From IMG/VR virus record IMGVR_UViG_3300017975_000001: a stretch of 64,000 nucleotides of DNA. One strand, given 5' to 3'. Below are positions 63,813 through 64,000 of the stretch, piece by piece; the first letter of the stretch is position 1, and each line of letters starts with the position of its first letter. Position numbers and translations under genes: made by a program. This DNA is from an uncultured virus (IMG/VR IMGVR_UViG_3300017975_000001) (lineage: Duplodnaviria; Heunggongvirae; Uroviricota; Caudoviricetes). A model generated the notes under the pieces. The model had not been told where the DNA came from, made no database searches, and was given only the letters and a program-made list of their open reading frames with translations.

Positions 63813-64000
63813 TGGGCCATCACAGCGTTAGCGGCAAAGACGCAGCGGGTCTTGTTACGGTTTGGCGCCCTTACCTCGTTGCTTGGAGACAGTTTCGACT
63901 GGTCCTACCTTACACTGGCGCGCGTGAGTAGAAACGGCTCGCCGACGAATATCGGTGTAGATGCCGCATCTCGTACAACGCCAGAGACGCGTGCGGAAGT

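Overview
This 64 kb window reads as part of a large, gene-dense bacterial virus or provirus (GC roughly 55-60% by eye, many ATGA/GTGA overlaps, mostly short hypothetical ORFs). I saw no rRNA, tRNA, CRISPR array or host core operon. It has three blocks. (1) 1-12.6 kb is a putative virion module: a collagen-like G-X-T fibre on the minus strand, several small beta-rich jelly-roll-like proteins, a Gly-rich spike, many membrane proteins, a 4-repeat cell-wall-binding-like protein and a thioredoxin. I recognised no terminase, portal, HK97 capsid or tail gene, which fits a tailless, membrane-containing virion but does not prove it. (2) 12.8-56.6 kb is a long, mostly plus-strand early/accessory region with about 11 copies of a TACTCT(T/C)GACAAGT promoter. 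It encodes a DUF932-like protein, a metallophosphoesterase, an orphan receiver domain, an ABC-type ATPase, a 2OG-Fe(II) oxygenase, a MoxR AAA+/DUF2201-vWA operon, a CoaB-like/class II aldolase-like fusion, an M20 amidohydrolase, a histidine phosphatase and a SAM methyltransferase. (3) 56.6-64 kb is a minus-strand block with an EndoVII-type HNH nuclease, an RNA hairpin, an RHH protein and an atypical tyrosine recombinase. The two most interesting signals are a recurrent G-(L/F)-G/S motif beside Arg-rich termini and at domain junctions of virion-module proteins (a candidate targeting and maturation-cleavage code), and a 16-bp GATC-N8-GATC palindrome found upstream of virion genes and three times around the MoxR/vWA/metallopeptidase promoter. 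All functional calls come from motif recognition by eye; no database searches were run.
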